A stretch of 64,000 nucleotides of DNA from Botryllus schlosseri (taxonomy: Eukaryota), in assembly GCA_051294905.1 (NCBI GenBank), contig CM119378.1, positions 27,652,001 through 27,716,000 on the forward strand. Direction: 5' to 3'. Below the pieces are notes generated by a model that saw only the letters and a list, made by a program, of their open reading frames with translations, searched no databases and was not told where the DNA came from. Positions 29,301 to 40,751 of the stretch are shown in pieces. Made by a program: the position numbers and the translations under genes. Position 1 is the stretch's first letter. Each line of letters starts with the position of its first letter.

Positions 29301-29720
29301 CTGGGATATCTAAAATTATCCCTGCTCTCGAAACCACAAGCTGTGACGACACAGTTAGTCTGCGGCGCACGTGTTCTCAGAGCCCGCATAAGAGGTCGGC
29401 GCGCTCGCGCTTCAGTCGTAAGATAGACAATTGGCTCCATTTCGCTCCATTTATTCTTTCTATTTCTTATCGAACCGCAGTATGATTTGAACCTGGTAAA
29501 TCTACAAGTTTCTGACCACTAATTACTACTATTTGGCTGTTCTGTGCTAGTAAAGAAAGCTCCTTGGATCTGCGTGTGTGATCAGGATTGCAAGAGTATA
29601 CTCAGAGCGGTCATTAGTCAGTGACTAGTGCGTACAACAGGAACTGTAAGCTGTAGCGTCGACTCCAATCAAGCACTATACCAGCGTGTCTTGCAACAAG
29701 CCGTTGCAGCGACCGCTACA
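26397..29720 (+). mobile_element. BEL/Pao LTR retrotransposon, gag-only non-autonomous
   Basis: 477-bp TG..CA LTRs at 26397-26873 and 29244-29720 look identical. 5-bp TSD TTATT; PPT AAGTGGGGAG; a single gag ORF and no pol. Confidence 0.92.
26924..29005 (+). CDS. gag: BEL/Pao Gag (coiled coil, DUF1759-like capsid region, three CCHC-type knuckles)
   Basis: VFDGDETNYMEWENSFKALV..EKMNLLKQHL..LQEFSDFL..VVKKLP capsid motifs; knuckles CMFCGKNDHHIPDC, CYGCGERCTRTHHGKNC, CVKCEKLHLTSLH. First ATG at 26924. Confidence 0.9.
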   Translation: MEAAATSEIADCSAVQSQTVATSESADCPVPPSPENVEDERGSVKKEIVDQSPAKSKSVGSDVPTSSDSTFHGFDQRLVKLERQFRETKGEVERCFDATETAIALSTNKEEVREEMKKVVCHRNELKEITGKIISNYAENTETKEFANSMRLVEMKFEKVRQAVTDFVMLPSENGSICSRARSGAGSRSSRHTENSRTSLASNKELRYESIRETAALEAKLEFLKQEAEIKRKLVEDEAKLSQLALKSQIAEKRAVIKACEQIEREENPFGFDDDEDVVREEPSYTDIRCKVPVLNSEEKVQNFVISNPRVYPEVKQCNVKSSEPVPYGPVIDKTPAQTNNVRHVEPEKAGRNTFVKMPVNNSIDMPIDRQYNMKPLTRIPDIKVWVFDGDETNYMEWENSFKALVEDRVYCVHEKMNLLKQHLGPGPLKVVKCYFLRGSEESYRKAISDLRSRYGSPVVVGLAFLDKLKGWRHIKENDRLGLQEFSDFLEQVFVNRRFVPELGILDYSSSHMYVVKKLPPSLVEKWRVKVFQYKVETNDQNCYPPFEYFVSFVRDQSELQNMPEFRMLNENWNSNITESAQKYGRDRPCVSFGTNVMSGEYNCMFCGKNDHHIPDCVDFENLPYPERISFMRDKFLCYGCGERCTRTHHGKNCPKRVVCVKCEKLHLTSLHPCSAPAVSNSIEVSEYKTVGD

Positions 29721-30805
29721 TTATTCTTCTTCATGAGCTCAAAGTGTACAAGAAACACATTCATTCCATCATCTTCCTACAGATATTCGGCCTCATCTTC
29801 CACCAAGGTGCTGTTGCTCAGCGTGCATAATGGTTTGGGCATTCGGGCACATGGCTAAAATATCTTGGTTGAATGGGCCGATGATAATGTAGCAAAACGA
29901 GGACGATACAAGAGATTGTGTGGCTTCAAAGCTAATGGTATTCTTCTGTTCTGTTAGGTAAAAATTAAAATAAATTGTTCACACCAAATGAATAAGTGTA
30001 AGTGGTGGTTCGGAGACATACCCGCCGCATGCGCTCGCCAAATATCAAGGCGATTTCTCCACCCTAATAGCGGCGAGGTCGATTGTTACATTTGTCCTCC
30101 ACCCAATGAACATGGTAACATTACATCGCGCCAAGCGCGAAAAAACCTTGCAAAATCTGCATAATTTTTTTTTTAAATGCTCCATGATCAAGGTTCATTC
30201 ACGAAATAATTTTGTGCCCCTTCGAGCTCGCCCCCTCCCCCCATTACGGCCCCGACTTTATGCTACATTCTTATAAATTACAAAAGAAATGTTTGTCTTG
30301 GCCGTCCGAATCTCGAATGATATGCGCAATGACTCGAGTATACGTCGACTCGAGTAAATACGGCTTTAGTCGAGTCGCTCATGTCTTGAGTCATTACAAC
30401 CCTGGTTCCAGGCAAATCAACACTATCCTGCAATTATGCCTAATTTTTTTAAATGTGTATTTTGCAATTATATATTCGATAGACTTTATTAAATCTCTAT
30501 TATTGTAATATGCGATAGTGGGGGAGAAGGCAGCTAACCATAACAAAACATAACTGTGATGTTGAGTGCGAGTGGGAAATCTGTTTATTTCACTCATTCT
30601 CATTGGCTTACGGAGGCTCCCAAGATCGTATGCTGAAAGCATGTGGTAGGCCCATTCATCTTAACTCTAGCCAATAGCACGAGTGCTATACAGAGCAATC
30701 TGCTATACATAATCTGCAGCTAAAAATTTATCACGGGGTTGCTCTGTTGTAGGTCTATTATGGAATCTCGAGAGTAACAACTCCAATAGGTTACAGGCTC
30801 AACAG

Positions 30806-31092
30806 CAGTGATTCTCAACCTTTTTAGACGCCCCCCTTTATGATAGTGAAAAATTTCGCACCCCTTATCGTCATATCACAAAATCCAACCGGGATGTTAT
30901 CAACCTCAACAGATTGTTTCATGGCATGGACAGTTATGAATGTTAATGAAAGAATTAAAAAATATGAAATTCGGTCTATGGAGAAACACGCTTGAATTAG
31001 AGGTAAATCGTACAGAGCACGAATTTTTTTCAGTCAACCGCTTCTTCGCGCCCCTTCAGATGCTTTCACGCCCCCCAGGTTGAGAACCACTG
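30806..31092. mobile_element. hAT-Charlie-like MITE
   Basis: TIR CAGTGATTCTCAACC/GGTTGAGAACCACTG; flanks CTCAACAG/CTCTATAG (6/8 match, NTCTAGAN-like target). Confidence 0.7.
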
Positions 31093-31427
31093 CTCTATAG
31101 TTCGACTCCAGAATTCCTACCCAAGTATTGTAGGTTTATCTAGGCTCCTGCCCGCGAGCTACAATCCGCGTAATCCGTTACTTTTACAAAAGCCTACTGC
31201 TATAAATTAGAGGATGCGGAATGACGTTGAAGAATACCGGCCTGATGTAAATGACCATTGAAGTCACAAAACACCATGGATGCCACAAACAATAACCAAA
31301 TGCAATCACAATTTCTGTTCCTCGTTTGGTTTTGAATGAGACACTGTGTTTATCGCGAAGGTTTCCGTTTCGAACGCTTCTTTGCCCTTGTTCTGGAGAA
31401 GCAGCCTTCAACCCTCAGCCCACTTCG

Positions 31428-31700
31428 GCCGCCGAGCGAGATAGTGTAATGGTTATGCGTCGAGCCGGTTTCTCGAGCGGTAGGTCGTGGGTTCGATCCC
31501 CGGCCGGGTCATACCAGAGACTCGAAAATTGGTATCCGCAGCTATCCTGCTAGGCGCTCAGCAATTACGGATAGCATGGAGGAGAAAAAAACGGGGGCGC
31601 AGACTAGACGACCCCATGGAGCCGTATCGCAACTCCGTCGTCAAAGCATCTCGATGGTGCAGGCGAAAAAGAATATCATATCTCTCTCTATATATATATC
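31428..31700 (+). mobile_element. tRNA-derived SINE
   Basis: Pol III A box TAGTGTAATGG (31442-31452) and B box GGTTCGATCCC (31490-31500). A non-tRNA body follows (GGGTCATACCAGAGACTCGAAAATTGGTATCC..GGCGCTCAGCA), then a simple-repeat tail. Confidence 0.8.
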
Positions 31701-31771
31701 ATCTATTGACTGATTACGGCAACTGCAGCGCAACAGACAGTTTTCAATCGCCTGAGCGGTCGAATGCCATG

Positions 31772-34700
31772 TTACATCATCATCCATTTTCGAAGAAACC
31801 GCTTCGCGTCTTTTCCCAAGAAGTTGTTATCGCCTTTCTCCCGCACTGGGCGATTAATTACAGCCTCTAGTTTTCCAGTGCGATCGGCGTCGCTTGCTGT
31901 GAAGAAGCGATTCCTCATGTTCGCCCATATTTCCCTAACTATGTCCGCGGAATCGTAACGACTGTACGACACTGCGTACGCCAAAGGCTTTTTTGAATCG
32001 TCTTTAATGAAATTCGATGAATCGACGAGATTTTTCGTTCCGTTCCCTCTCATCTTTTCGCGCAAAACGCCCCACATGTAAATCTCCGTCGGTATCTTCG
32101 CGAGAGCCGTCCTCTTTCCGATATCGCGCAGTTTTTGCATCACGTCCCTTCTCATAACGACCAGGGTTTGCGTGCAGTGCGAAGGGAAATAGGAAGCGCA
32201 GTAATCCGCTTGTGAGATGTAACGCGACAACGTAGGATTTCTGCACGAAATAAAGCTCGGATCAGATCAGTCAACTACTACCAATTCTGCAGTTTTAGAA
32301 TGTGTAATGGGTATAATTCAATTTGTGCGAAAAATTAGTTTTAGACGGCATGGGGCATACGCATCGTCAAGAGAGGTCATTCATTATTTCATTTATGTGC
32401 CTTGGAGTCATTCTTGATCATAGTACGCCGACCTAGTTTGTGCCAATAGCAAAAGTGTTTGTGAATTCGGTCATTCTAGCTATTATATAATTTGGAATGG
32501 CTGAAAATTATCGAGTTGTCTATCTCTGATACGTGAATAGCATTATATTGAAAACTGTTCATCGCAGATAAAATCGGTATGTGTTGGATTGCTGTAGCTT
32601 GTAGCACATTAGTTTGTCAGGGATCGAATGTAATGGATAAAAGAATTATATTGATCACATCTTTCTGTATGGTCCATATTGTCCGTTCAACGAGTGCGAT
32701 TCGCAACGAGTTATATGAGGGAAGATCAGATCCACGATTTAATATTGAAAAGGAAGATAGCTTTGAAATGAAATAATCACCACAGTAAACGGTCGTGTAC
32801 GTGTAAAAACTTGTAATTTATACCTTTGCCGAGGGATTGGATTGCTTATAAGTGCACAGTGTAAGGATTCAGGCGACGCAAAATCTCCTTTCAAGTATTC
32901 GAAGATGTTTGGAATGAACGGAAAAGAATTGCCATTGCTTGTGACTACGAAATTCACCCGGCTTCCAAAGCTGTCGGTGACCCAGTGAAATGCTGCGAGC
33001 ATCTGTACTTAAAAATACAATGGAGTTATCTTTGAACTGGTACATCTATCTTCCATGCCCAAGGCATTCAATTTGAAGTTGAAACGCGTAGGGTTGACAA
33101 CAGAAGAAAGTAAAGGCCTATAACACGCAGTCAACTACCTCATCGTAATGCGATGGAAATAGCCCTTCTGCTATGGCGCTATGCAGTACTGCGTGGACAT
33201 CTGACCATAATAGTTTAGGCGTATAGTAGTAGAAATAACACACTGTACACGAAAATGGTATATTTCGTACATTTTCATCTTAGCGGAGGCTGTCAATCAA
33301 GCAACTTTCTACTTTCATTTACCAAACTTTCATCTCTCTCCGATCACCATTTGCAGAACTAGAATAACCTATCGTATTCCCTTTCTTTTGGGCAAGCTTA
33401 CTTGAATAAGCAATTAGATGGAAAACGATATGAGGTCGCATAAATACTTTTGACTACAGATTACCAAAAAACGTCAAAGTCTGAAAATCGGCATTGCAGG
33501 GTTGTAACCAAGTCACAATGCTTCGAGTCACAAGTCAATCTCACTTTTTTAGTTTTGACTCGAGTCAAGTCGAGTCATTTCAATTCACCACCGAGTCAAG
33601 TCCGAGTCCAAGTCAGCGAGCAGAGGGTCGAGTCCGAGTCATGGCATTATGACTCGAGTCCGAGTCCAAGTCATTGTGAAGAATGCTCAGTTTCCAGTTA
33701 AAGTCTTGATAAACCCACTTTTAGTAACTCTGTTTGGTGATATCGAATGTTTCGTATTTATAATATACCAATTTTCCTCACTTTTAGCAGTTTCTGGTCG
33801 CATATTCAAGTACCAGTACCAACAGACGAAATCCCAATAGTGTGTTGGCTTCGGAATTACAATGAAATGTCGCTCTTGGCCTCGAGTCAATGACTTGGTT
33901 CGAGTCATGCGCAATGACTCGAGTCCAAGTCGAGTCAATACACAGATTGACTCGAGTCGAGTCGAGTCATTTCCGTATTTTGAAAAAATGACTCGAGTCA
34001 AGTCGAGTCATCAGAAAATCGTGACTCGAGTCATTACAACCCTGCGGCATTGTTCAGAATAATCACTCGACGCAATTGGCAATTGTTATAATCATTGGAG
34101 TGCAGCCCTCCGATTATTTGGACAATTGAGGGCTGTTTCGGAGTAGTTTCATTGCCTTGACCAGATTTTAATTTGTATTTTCGGAATTAGAGCGTCAGTG
34201 TCATTCGATTAATACCAGACATATTAAATTTGAGCGCTCGGATCGCCAGCTAGGACTACCAACAATACTGCTTTCGTCGGCTCAGCAGTATTGGGGTGTG
34301 ACGACTTGAGTTAAGGGTCAGGGTAATTCGAAAATGACTTTTTTTAAATTTGCGTTTATTAGCTATAATTGTTAGGTGGGCTAAAGAATCGATGCACACC
34401 AGATTTGGCTTAATTCCAACCGGGAGATGCGAAGTTATTGGAGTAGAAAATCTAAGATTGAAAATAGTGTTTACTGATACCTTGAGGGTAATTCTAGAAT
34501 TATTATTGAAAATCCCGAATAATTTCACTTCTACGTGCTGGGATTGAGTCGTGAGATTTTTTTTGCATCGTTTCATACATTAGCCAGTATCTTTTTTTTT
34601 TTTTTCAGGAAATTCAGAATGTTCTGAGTGTAGTAGCTTCACTTCTACTCATCCGAATTGAGCCAATTTCGGTGTACAATTTTTTTTTAGCCAAACCAAC

Positions 34701-37700
34701 AATTTCAGCTAATAGCTGCAATTTTTTTTTCATGTTATTTTTGAACAGCTATCATTTCGCGCATCTATCCGTAGGTTAGTAAATGATTTGAATGCGCGCT
34801 CAAACTTCAATAAGCACTGGCGTTTATTGTAGGGTTACCATACTTTTGAAATCTGAAAAAGGAAACTTTTCAAAATTTTCAGACTCGCAATACCTGAAAA
34901 AATGGTAAATTTTCTGCACTTCGTGGTCGGTTGACTAAATAAATAAAGGTCATCTTTCTCGCTCAGCGCCCGAGTTACAGTTTTTCTTTCACATCATTAG
35001 ATGGTTGACTAAAAAAACAACTTTCCGGTTCAGCTCCCGAAATAGCCGCCGGGGCGTTACTTCAGTTCTGATTTACTGTATCTCAGTCGAATTGTGCCAA
35101 TATTTAACCAAAATTCTCAAAAAATAGGACAAAATCCCAAATAAGATGACATTTGGGCGTCTTCCGAGGACACTTTTGAAAAAGTCAAAAAAGAGGACAA
35201 ATCCTCTTACAATAGGACGTATGGTAACCCTTGGACAGTATGGACACTCATAAAAAGAAGTAAATGACTGATGACAAAACTTATTTACAAATGTTATCGA
35301 CTCACGGTCTGTGCCTCGGCAGTTTTCTCGTTGACCAAGGAGCTAACTTGCAAGATATCTCCATGTTCCTCGTTTTCCGCAGACAGTAGTTTTTGAGAAC
35401 GAGTGTGCTGAAATCCCGCGATAAATATAACACCAATTCTAAACGAAAGTACTGATTACATTCAACGAAAATGCAAACAGAAATTTGCACCTCACTTTTT
35501 GTTGTCTACTTGAGATATCGATCCCCACGTTTCGCGAACTAAGAAACGTTTCTTCGCCTCCTGCACGCCGACGTGACAAAGGATCACCATCAGATATTTC
35601 TCATTTGGCTTTTGTTCAAGTTCTTTCGTTAACTTCCAGGGACTGGAAAATTCATATTCAAATGTGGCAGAAATATGTGCCGTATATCTTGTAAGAGTGC
35701 TGTCGAGACTACGGCTCGTGGGTAGGGTTGGACACAATGCTCTGAGCAGACATGGGGTAATCGTGATTAGTAATCGTAATCGATTACGACGATTACAGCA
35801 TTTCCAAGTAATCGTAATCGCAATCGATTACATTTGAAAAAATTCCGAAGTAATCGTAATCGTAATCGACTACTTTTACATATCTAATCGATTTCTTTGT
35901 GAAAGAACGATTACTTTTCATTTGTGCAATGCCCATGACATAAACTGAACATCTGAATCTGAACAACGAAGAGCGTGATTTAAAAAGAGGTTTTAGATAG
36001 CAGAAATGTCTGATTTTCAAATGCCTCTGCTCAGTATTGCGCAGGGTTGTAATGACTCGAGTCATGACTCGACTCGAGTCAGACTCGAGTCACGATTTTC
36101 GGATGACTCGACTCGACTCGAGTCATTTTCTCAAAATGCGGAAATGACTCGACTCGACTCGAGTCAATCTGTGTATTGACTCGACTTGGACTCGAGTCAT
36201 TGAGCATGACTCGAAGCAAGTCATTGACTCGAGATTCAGACGGCGAAGACCGACATTTCATTGTAATTTCGAAGCCAACACACTATTGGGATTTCGTTTG
36301 TTGGTACTGGTGCTTGAAAATGCGACCAGAAACTGCTAAAAGGGAGGAAAATTGATATATTATAAATGCGAACCATTCAATATCACCAAACACAGTTAAA
36401 AAGTGGGTTTAGGAAGACTTTAACTGGAAACTGAGCAGTCAACACAATGACTTGGACTCGGACTCGAGTCATAATACCATGACTCGGACTCGATCCACTG
36501 TTCGCTGACTTGGACTCGGACTTGACTCGGTGGAAATTGAAAATGACTCGACTTGACTCGAGTCAAAAATATAAAAGTGAGATTGACTTGTGACTCGGAG
36601 CCTTGTGTCTTGGTTACAACCCTGGTATTGCGTCACAAGTATTGGCTTGGTTCTTGATTGCGTAACGAATTATCCGCACGTAGTAAATAGATATTCGATG
36701 TAGGCTACATGTAGTACTGTGATTGTAAGAACACCCGCTGTGCATTATGTCAGGTTATCAATACACGCCACTACCTCGCAGTAGGATAATAATCACCACT
36801 CTGCCTATAGTTTGGAATAGTAACGTATGTAATATGTATTGATGTTTTGATGTTTGATGTTTACGTGTATAGGCTACGCCGGACAAAGATTTGAAATTTT
36901 GTACTCGTCAAATCAAACATGACAATTTCTACATCGAAGCATTAGAAACCAACGACTGCTGATAAAAAATCATAACCGAGCGGCTATTTTCCGTTACTCG
37001 TATAACGGCAGCTCGGAATATCTTTATCAAGTGGATTGTAGGCAGAAGTTTATGTTTACCTTATCATATTCTCACACGGACCTACTTGAATCGGGCAACA
37101 ACTGCTATTTCGCAATTTTATACTTAGCATTTGAATCTGCCACTATAGCCATCCGCTTACACACCATGTTAGCGTGGATTGCAGCTAGAATCAGTACCGA
37201 AACAGCATTTCGCCACCCCCTTCTCACAAATGTTTTCTTGGGCCGCCCATAAGACGATCAATAAAGCTTGTGGCGGGCGAAGTCCCTCAGACCCCCTGTA
37301 ACGACCGCGCTTTTTCACAAGAACTGGAAACACGATTTGATGCGATGTGGGTTCGCTGTGTATTTACTGTCAAGTCGCGCCAAGCGCGAATATTCTGGCA
37401 CGTAATTTACAACTATAACTGTATAGTATGTTGTTAAGTCGTGACCTCCTGTCTGCTATATAGTCAAAAGATATTGGAGTCGCCCAAACGTAGCAGACGA
37501 AAAGAAAACTAAACGAGAAACTTTCGTGTGACGCACCCAGAAATTGTCATTTATACTCGTGGTTCATCAATTTCCTCAGTGGGTGCCCCCGGTGGCATTT
37601 GTATTGAGGGGCAGAGATTGAGAAGACTATTCTTCGCGACCATCCAGCGCGGATATGGACAAATACACAATGTTTCGGTCAATGTAGCATGTCTTGGTGT

Positions 37701-39050
37701 GTTGCGGCGCGGTATTGGCCGGCACCGAAATGCCTATTTCTGCGTAAATCATGCAATGGTATATTATGTCATATACAGGAAATGACGTCATGATGTCTCA
37801 TTTAAAAAGAAAGACCTTCTCTCATGAGGCCTTTTCATCGCATTGTTGTCTTCCAATGATGACTTCTCAGAAGCAAAATAAATGTAATCGTGAGTAATCG
37901 TGATTACTTTTCCGAAGTAATGGTAATCGTAATCGACTACTTGCGGATTTTGCTGTAATCGTAATCGTAATCGCGTGATTCAGAAGTAATCGTAATCGCA
38001 ATCGATTACATTCATGAAGTAATCACCCCATGTCTGGCTCTGAGTACTCTAATTTGAATGGCCTATTAATTTTAATGATTCGAGTCGAGTATGAGAGATC
38101 ATTTTTCCAGTAATGTGATGATGTCACTAAAAATTCATTTATCAAAGAGAATTATAGTTTCGATACTATATTTTTCATTGCGGGAGCCTTCAAATCTCGA
38201 TTGCTCGTATCGCATCATACGAAACATGTAGTACAAAGCTAAACCAGTCAGTGAAAATTACATATTTGTGAAGTCGGCATTGCCACAAAGTGCAATGGGA
38301 TAGGCATGGTCGAAAATAGCAAATTAGCTCTGATGTGATGAAGAACTTGCACTATTGTTGGTGGTTGCATAAAACGTACATATTTTAACTTCCAATATCT
38401 TTTGTACTGCTAAGACGTCATAACGAGTGATACACGAGTACTCAGAGGAGGTGGTCAGTAACGAAGTAATTCTACTTTTCAAATTACCTCACGTAGATTT
38501 GCCTATTTGAACGACTTCCTCGAGTGGTTATGATTTTAGACTACTTCTACTTGACAATTTGAGTTTTTTAAGCAAACCTCAGTCTAAGATACTTACATCT
38601 TTACTTACTATGTATTTTTCCACTGGTGCTTTAGCAGAAATTCAGTGCGTTACTTCTACTTCTACTCGAGTACCGACAAGACATTCACTGCTATGACCTC
38701 CTCAGCTTATATAGCATATGAAGTGTTTTTAATCATCACAACACTTAACATACAGTTACATTACAATACCCTTATATTGATTCTAGATTTAACTGTATCG
38801 ACAGTAACTATACAAAATGCGACAGGCAAAATGACTCACCGTAACAAGAACCCAGTTTTCGTTTTCGTTCGAATTTCTGCATCTGTTAAATTGCGAAGCA
38901 GGATATCCGGTAGCTTCGGTTCGACTCTGAGTATATGGAAATAAACGTTACCGAAATTCAGATATACTGGGATACTGGGATTTTGTGCGTCACAGGCCTT
39001 TCGACCTTCTTTGGTGATAGAATTTTTGATGTACAATGTTCTTTCGAATT
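31772..39050 (-). CDS. Divergent GT31 beta-1,3-galactosyl/GlcNAc-transferase-like gene; exons ~39050-38840, 38048-35496 (interrupted by hAT 35747-38036), 35438-35306, 33002-32824, 32240-31772; 5' end uncertain
   Basis: Phase-compatible GT-AG joins give GT31 motifs in order: KRFLVRETWG, IGVIFIAG..ENEEHGDILQ, AFHWV, PIPRQRNPTLSRYIS..YFPSHC..VMRRDV, EIYMWGVL, IVREIW. All exons are open once the TE and one TSD copy are removed. Confidence 0.75.
32290..32460 (+). mobile_element. Decayed Penelope GIY-YIG C-terminal relic
   Basis: Reads SLFHLCALESFLIIVRRPSLCQ, similar to the PLE end at 51040-51110. Confidence 0.5.
33497..34044. mobile_element. hAT MITE (CAGGGTTGTAA family)
   Basis: TIR CAGGGTTGTAA/TTACAACCCTG; perfect TSD CGGCATTG; GACTCGAGTC arrays. 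Confidence 0.9.
35747..38036. mobile_element. Non-autonomous hAT element inserted in a coding exon of the GT31-like gene
   Basis: TIR CAGACATGGGGT/ACCCCATGTCTG; perfect TSD GCTCTGAG (35739-35746, 38037-38044); GTAATC subterminal arrays. Confidence 0.9.
36042..36624. mobile_element. hAT MITE nested in the 35747 element, inverted relative to the 33497 copy
   Basis: TIR CAGGGTTGTAA; perfect TSD GTATTGCG; close reverse-complement match to 33497-34044. Confidence 0.9.
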
Positions 39051-39125
39051 CTATACTAGTTGCTGACGATCACTCCTGACGAGTGTCAGCCGAACATATT
39101 CGTTTTTTTTTCAATATCAATATAT
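39037..39125 (+). repeat. Degenerate PLE pLTR/hammerhead copy
   Basis: GCTGACgatcactcCTGACGAGtGTCAGCCGAACATATTC. The core GAAA is mutated to GAAC and the 3' strand of stem I is lost. Confidence 0.75.
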
Positions 39126-40382
39126 TATTTTTAAATGCATGTTGAAGTTCTGTAGGCTACTTCCAAGAGCATCTTCTTACCATAAAATGCTGTAAACCCA
39201 TGGGCCATGGGTATACACGATTTTCGTTGACGATACGCCCATGAATTTTTTGTTTTTGTGCAATTTGCTATGATATCATGTATAAACAGTAAACACCCAT
39301 CAAATGCTATACGCATAATGCCGACTACTCCTCAAAATACACCTGACAAACTGCCGTGTCGTAACGTTTATAACGGTAGGTTTTTATTCGTTCGAAGGCT
39401 TATCCTAATATCATAAAGGTAATGCCATTAAAGTCGCCGCATCAGGGTCAGAGGTGGTAAAATGAGGCTCAGTCGGTATGTAGTGTAAAATGGTAACCAC
39501 TTGAGGAAGTAGCCCAAGTAGTTAAGATACTTTGAATAGTAGCAGTACTTTGTTATTGACCACCTCTAATCATGGTCCTGTGCTTTGTTCGGGGACTGCA
39601 GAAAGTATTTCACTTAAAAGTATAGTAGTTGTTGGCCGGCGTTCACACAAGCCCCGTGGATCTAATAGCCTAAAAGTGTTAACCAGGTCAGTAAAGGTTG
39701 ACAACCATAGCCTTAAAATCATAAAAATTCCTGCGTAACATTTCGCATGCTGAAAGCACAGAAGCTATGCTACAGGTTGGTTGCATCTTACCTGCTATAT
39801 AATTCAGCTTCACTTTCCTGTCTCTGGAAACAATACAGCCTTTCTCGGTTGGCTATAACCGATACAACAATTCCTAAAATCGCTCCTCTCACAATGCCAT
39901 ACACCCCAGTCCACATGCTTCAATAGTCCATGCGTTGACGAGCATCGCACGCACAGGCTTGATGCTAAACCGGCATCGTTCGTACTCTACGTTTGTAGCA
40001 AGAATAGGCATTGCCGGAGGCCATGCAAAGCGGACGAACGGGAATGTATGGTGATTGGTGATGCGGATTCTTCTGATCCTCCACGATTATGATATATAGG
40101 CCTATACATAGGCGCCGAGTTACGGGGTGGCGGCCACCCCGTACATAATGCTTAGACGTCCGCCGTCTGTTAATAAGCGAGTCCGTGACGTTGCGTAAAT
40201 GCCAACTATTTAACATTAGCCGATAAGTGTGTGAATAATTGAATGCGCCGAACTAGCGCTTAAAACGCCCAAATAAATTGTAATCTGTGCTTAGTAATCA
40301 CTAATCAGTAACCATACACTCGAAGCGACGTTGTTTACGTTTACGACATCGATTTTCGACACGCCTGCGCTAAGAAACAAAA

Positions 40383-40386
<4 letters not shown>

Positions 40387-40422
<36 letters not shown>
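40387..40422. repeat. (CT)n microsatellite
   Basis: Direct inspection. Confidence 0.95.
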
Positions 40423-40425
<3 letters not shown>

Positions 40426-40751
40426 CTGGACGAGCGAATTCACATTCTACTCCTCATAATTAAATTGCATTTGCGCGCATATAACTAGTATCTACTCATT
40501 TACAAAACAGTTCCTGAGTTAGTTCTGCGATAATATCTTTAATTAGAGTGCGAAATAGGTCAGTGTTCTGTGTATGCCTGTGAATTGAAAGTCGTTCCTG
40601 CGCAAAGTGCCCATATTCACTACTCTAACAAGGCTTTGTTAATTTTTACCGGGAAATGTAGCAATGCAGCTCAAACGTCGTTACAATGAGCAAACAATTG
40701 TCGCGATGTCAGACTCAGAACCCCATTGTGCTGTACGCAAGTACTGTAAAG

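Noticed and set aside
21547-29720. The adjacent non-coding LTR element and gag-only element as one bipartite system
   Set aside because: The LTRs are unrelated, TSD lengths differ (4 vs 5 bp) and the ends are Gypsy-like vs BEL; neither supplies pol.
29726-29960. Exon-like minus-strand segment split by the two LTR insertions
   Set aside because: It has multiple stops in all frames after rejoining the empty site and no identifiable homology; the real GT31 last exon is 32240-31772.
31428-31510. tRNA gene
   Set aside because: A and B boxes are present but there is no acceptor stem or cloverleaf, and it continues into a SINE body.
34060-34576. Possible LINE endonuclease-RT linker fragment (TSHLPV..KKSHFR)
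   Set aside because: Only a weak motif resemblance; too degraded to call.
33497-36624. CRISPR-like repeat-spacer appearance of GACTCGAGTC arrays
   Set aside because: Eukaryotic context, irregular spacing, and bounded by TIRs and 8-bp TSDs: these are hAT subterminal repeats.
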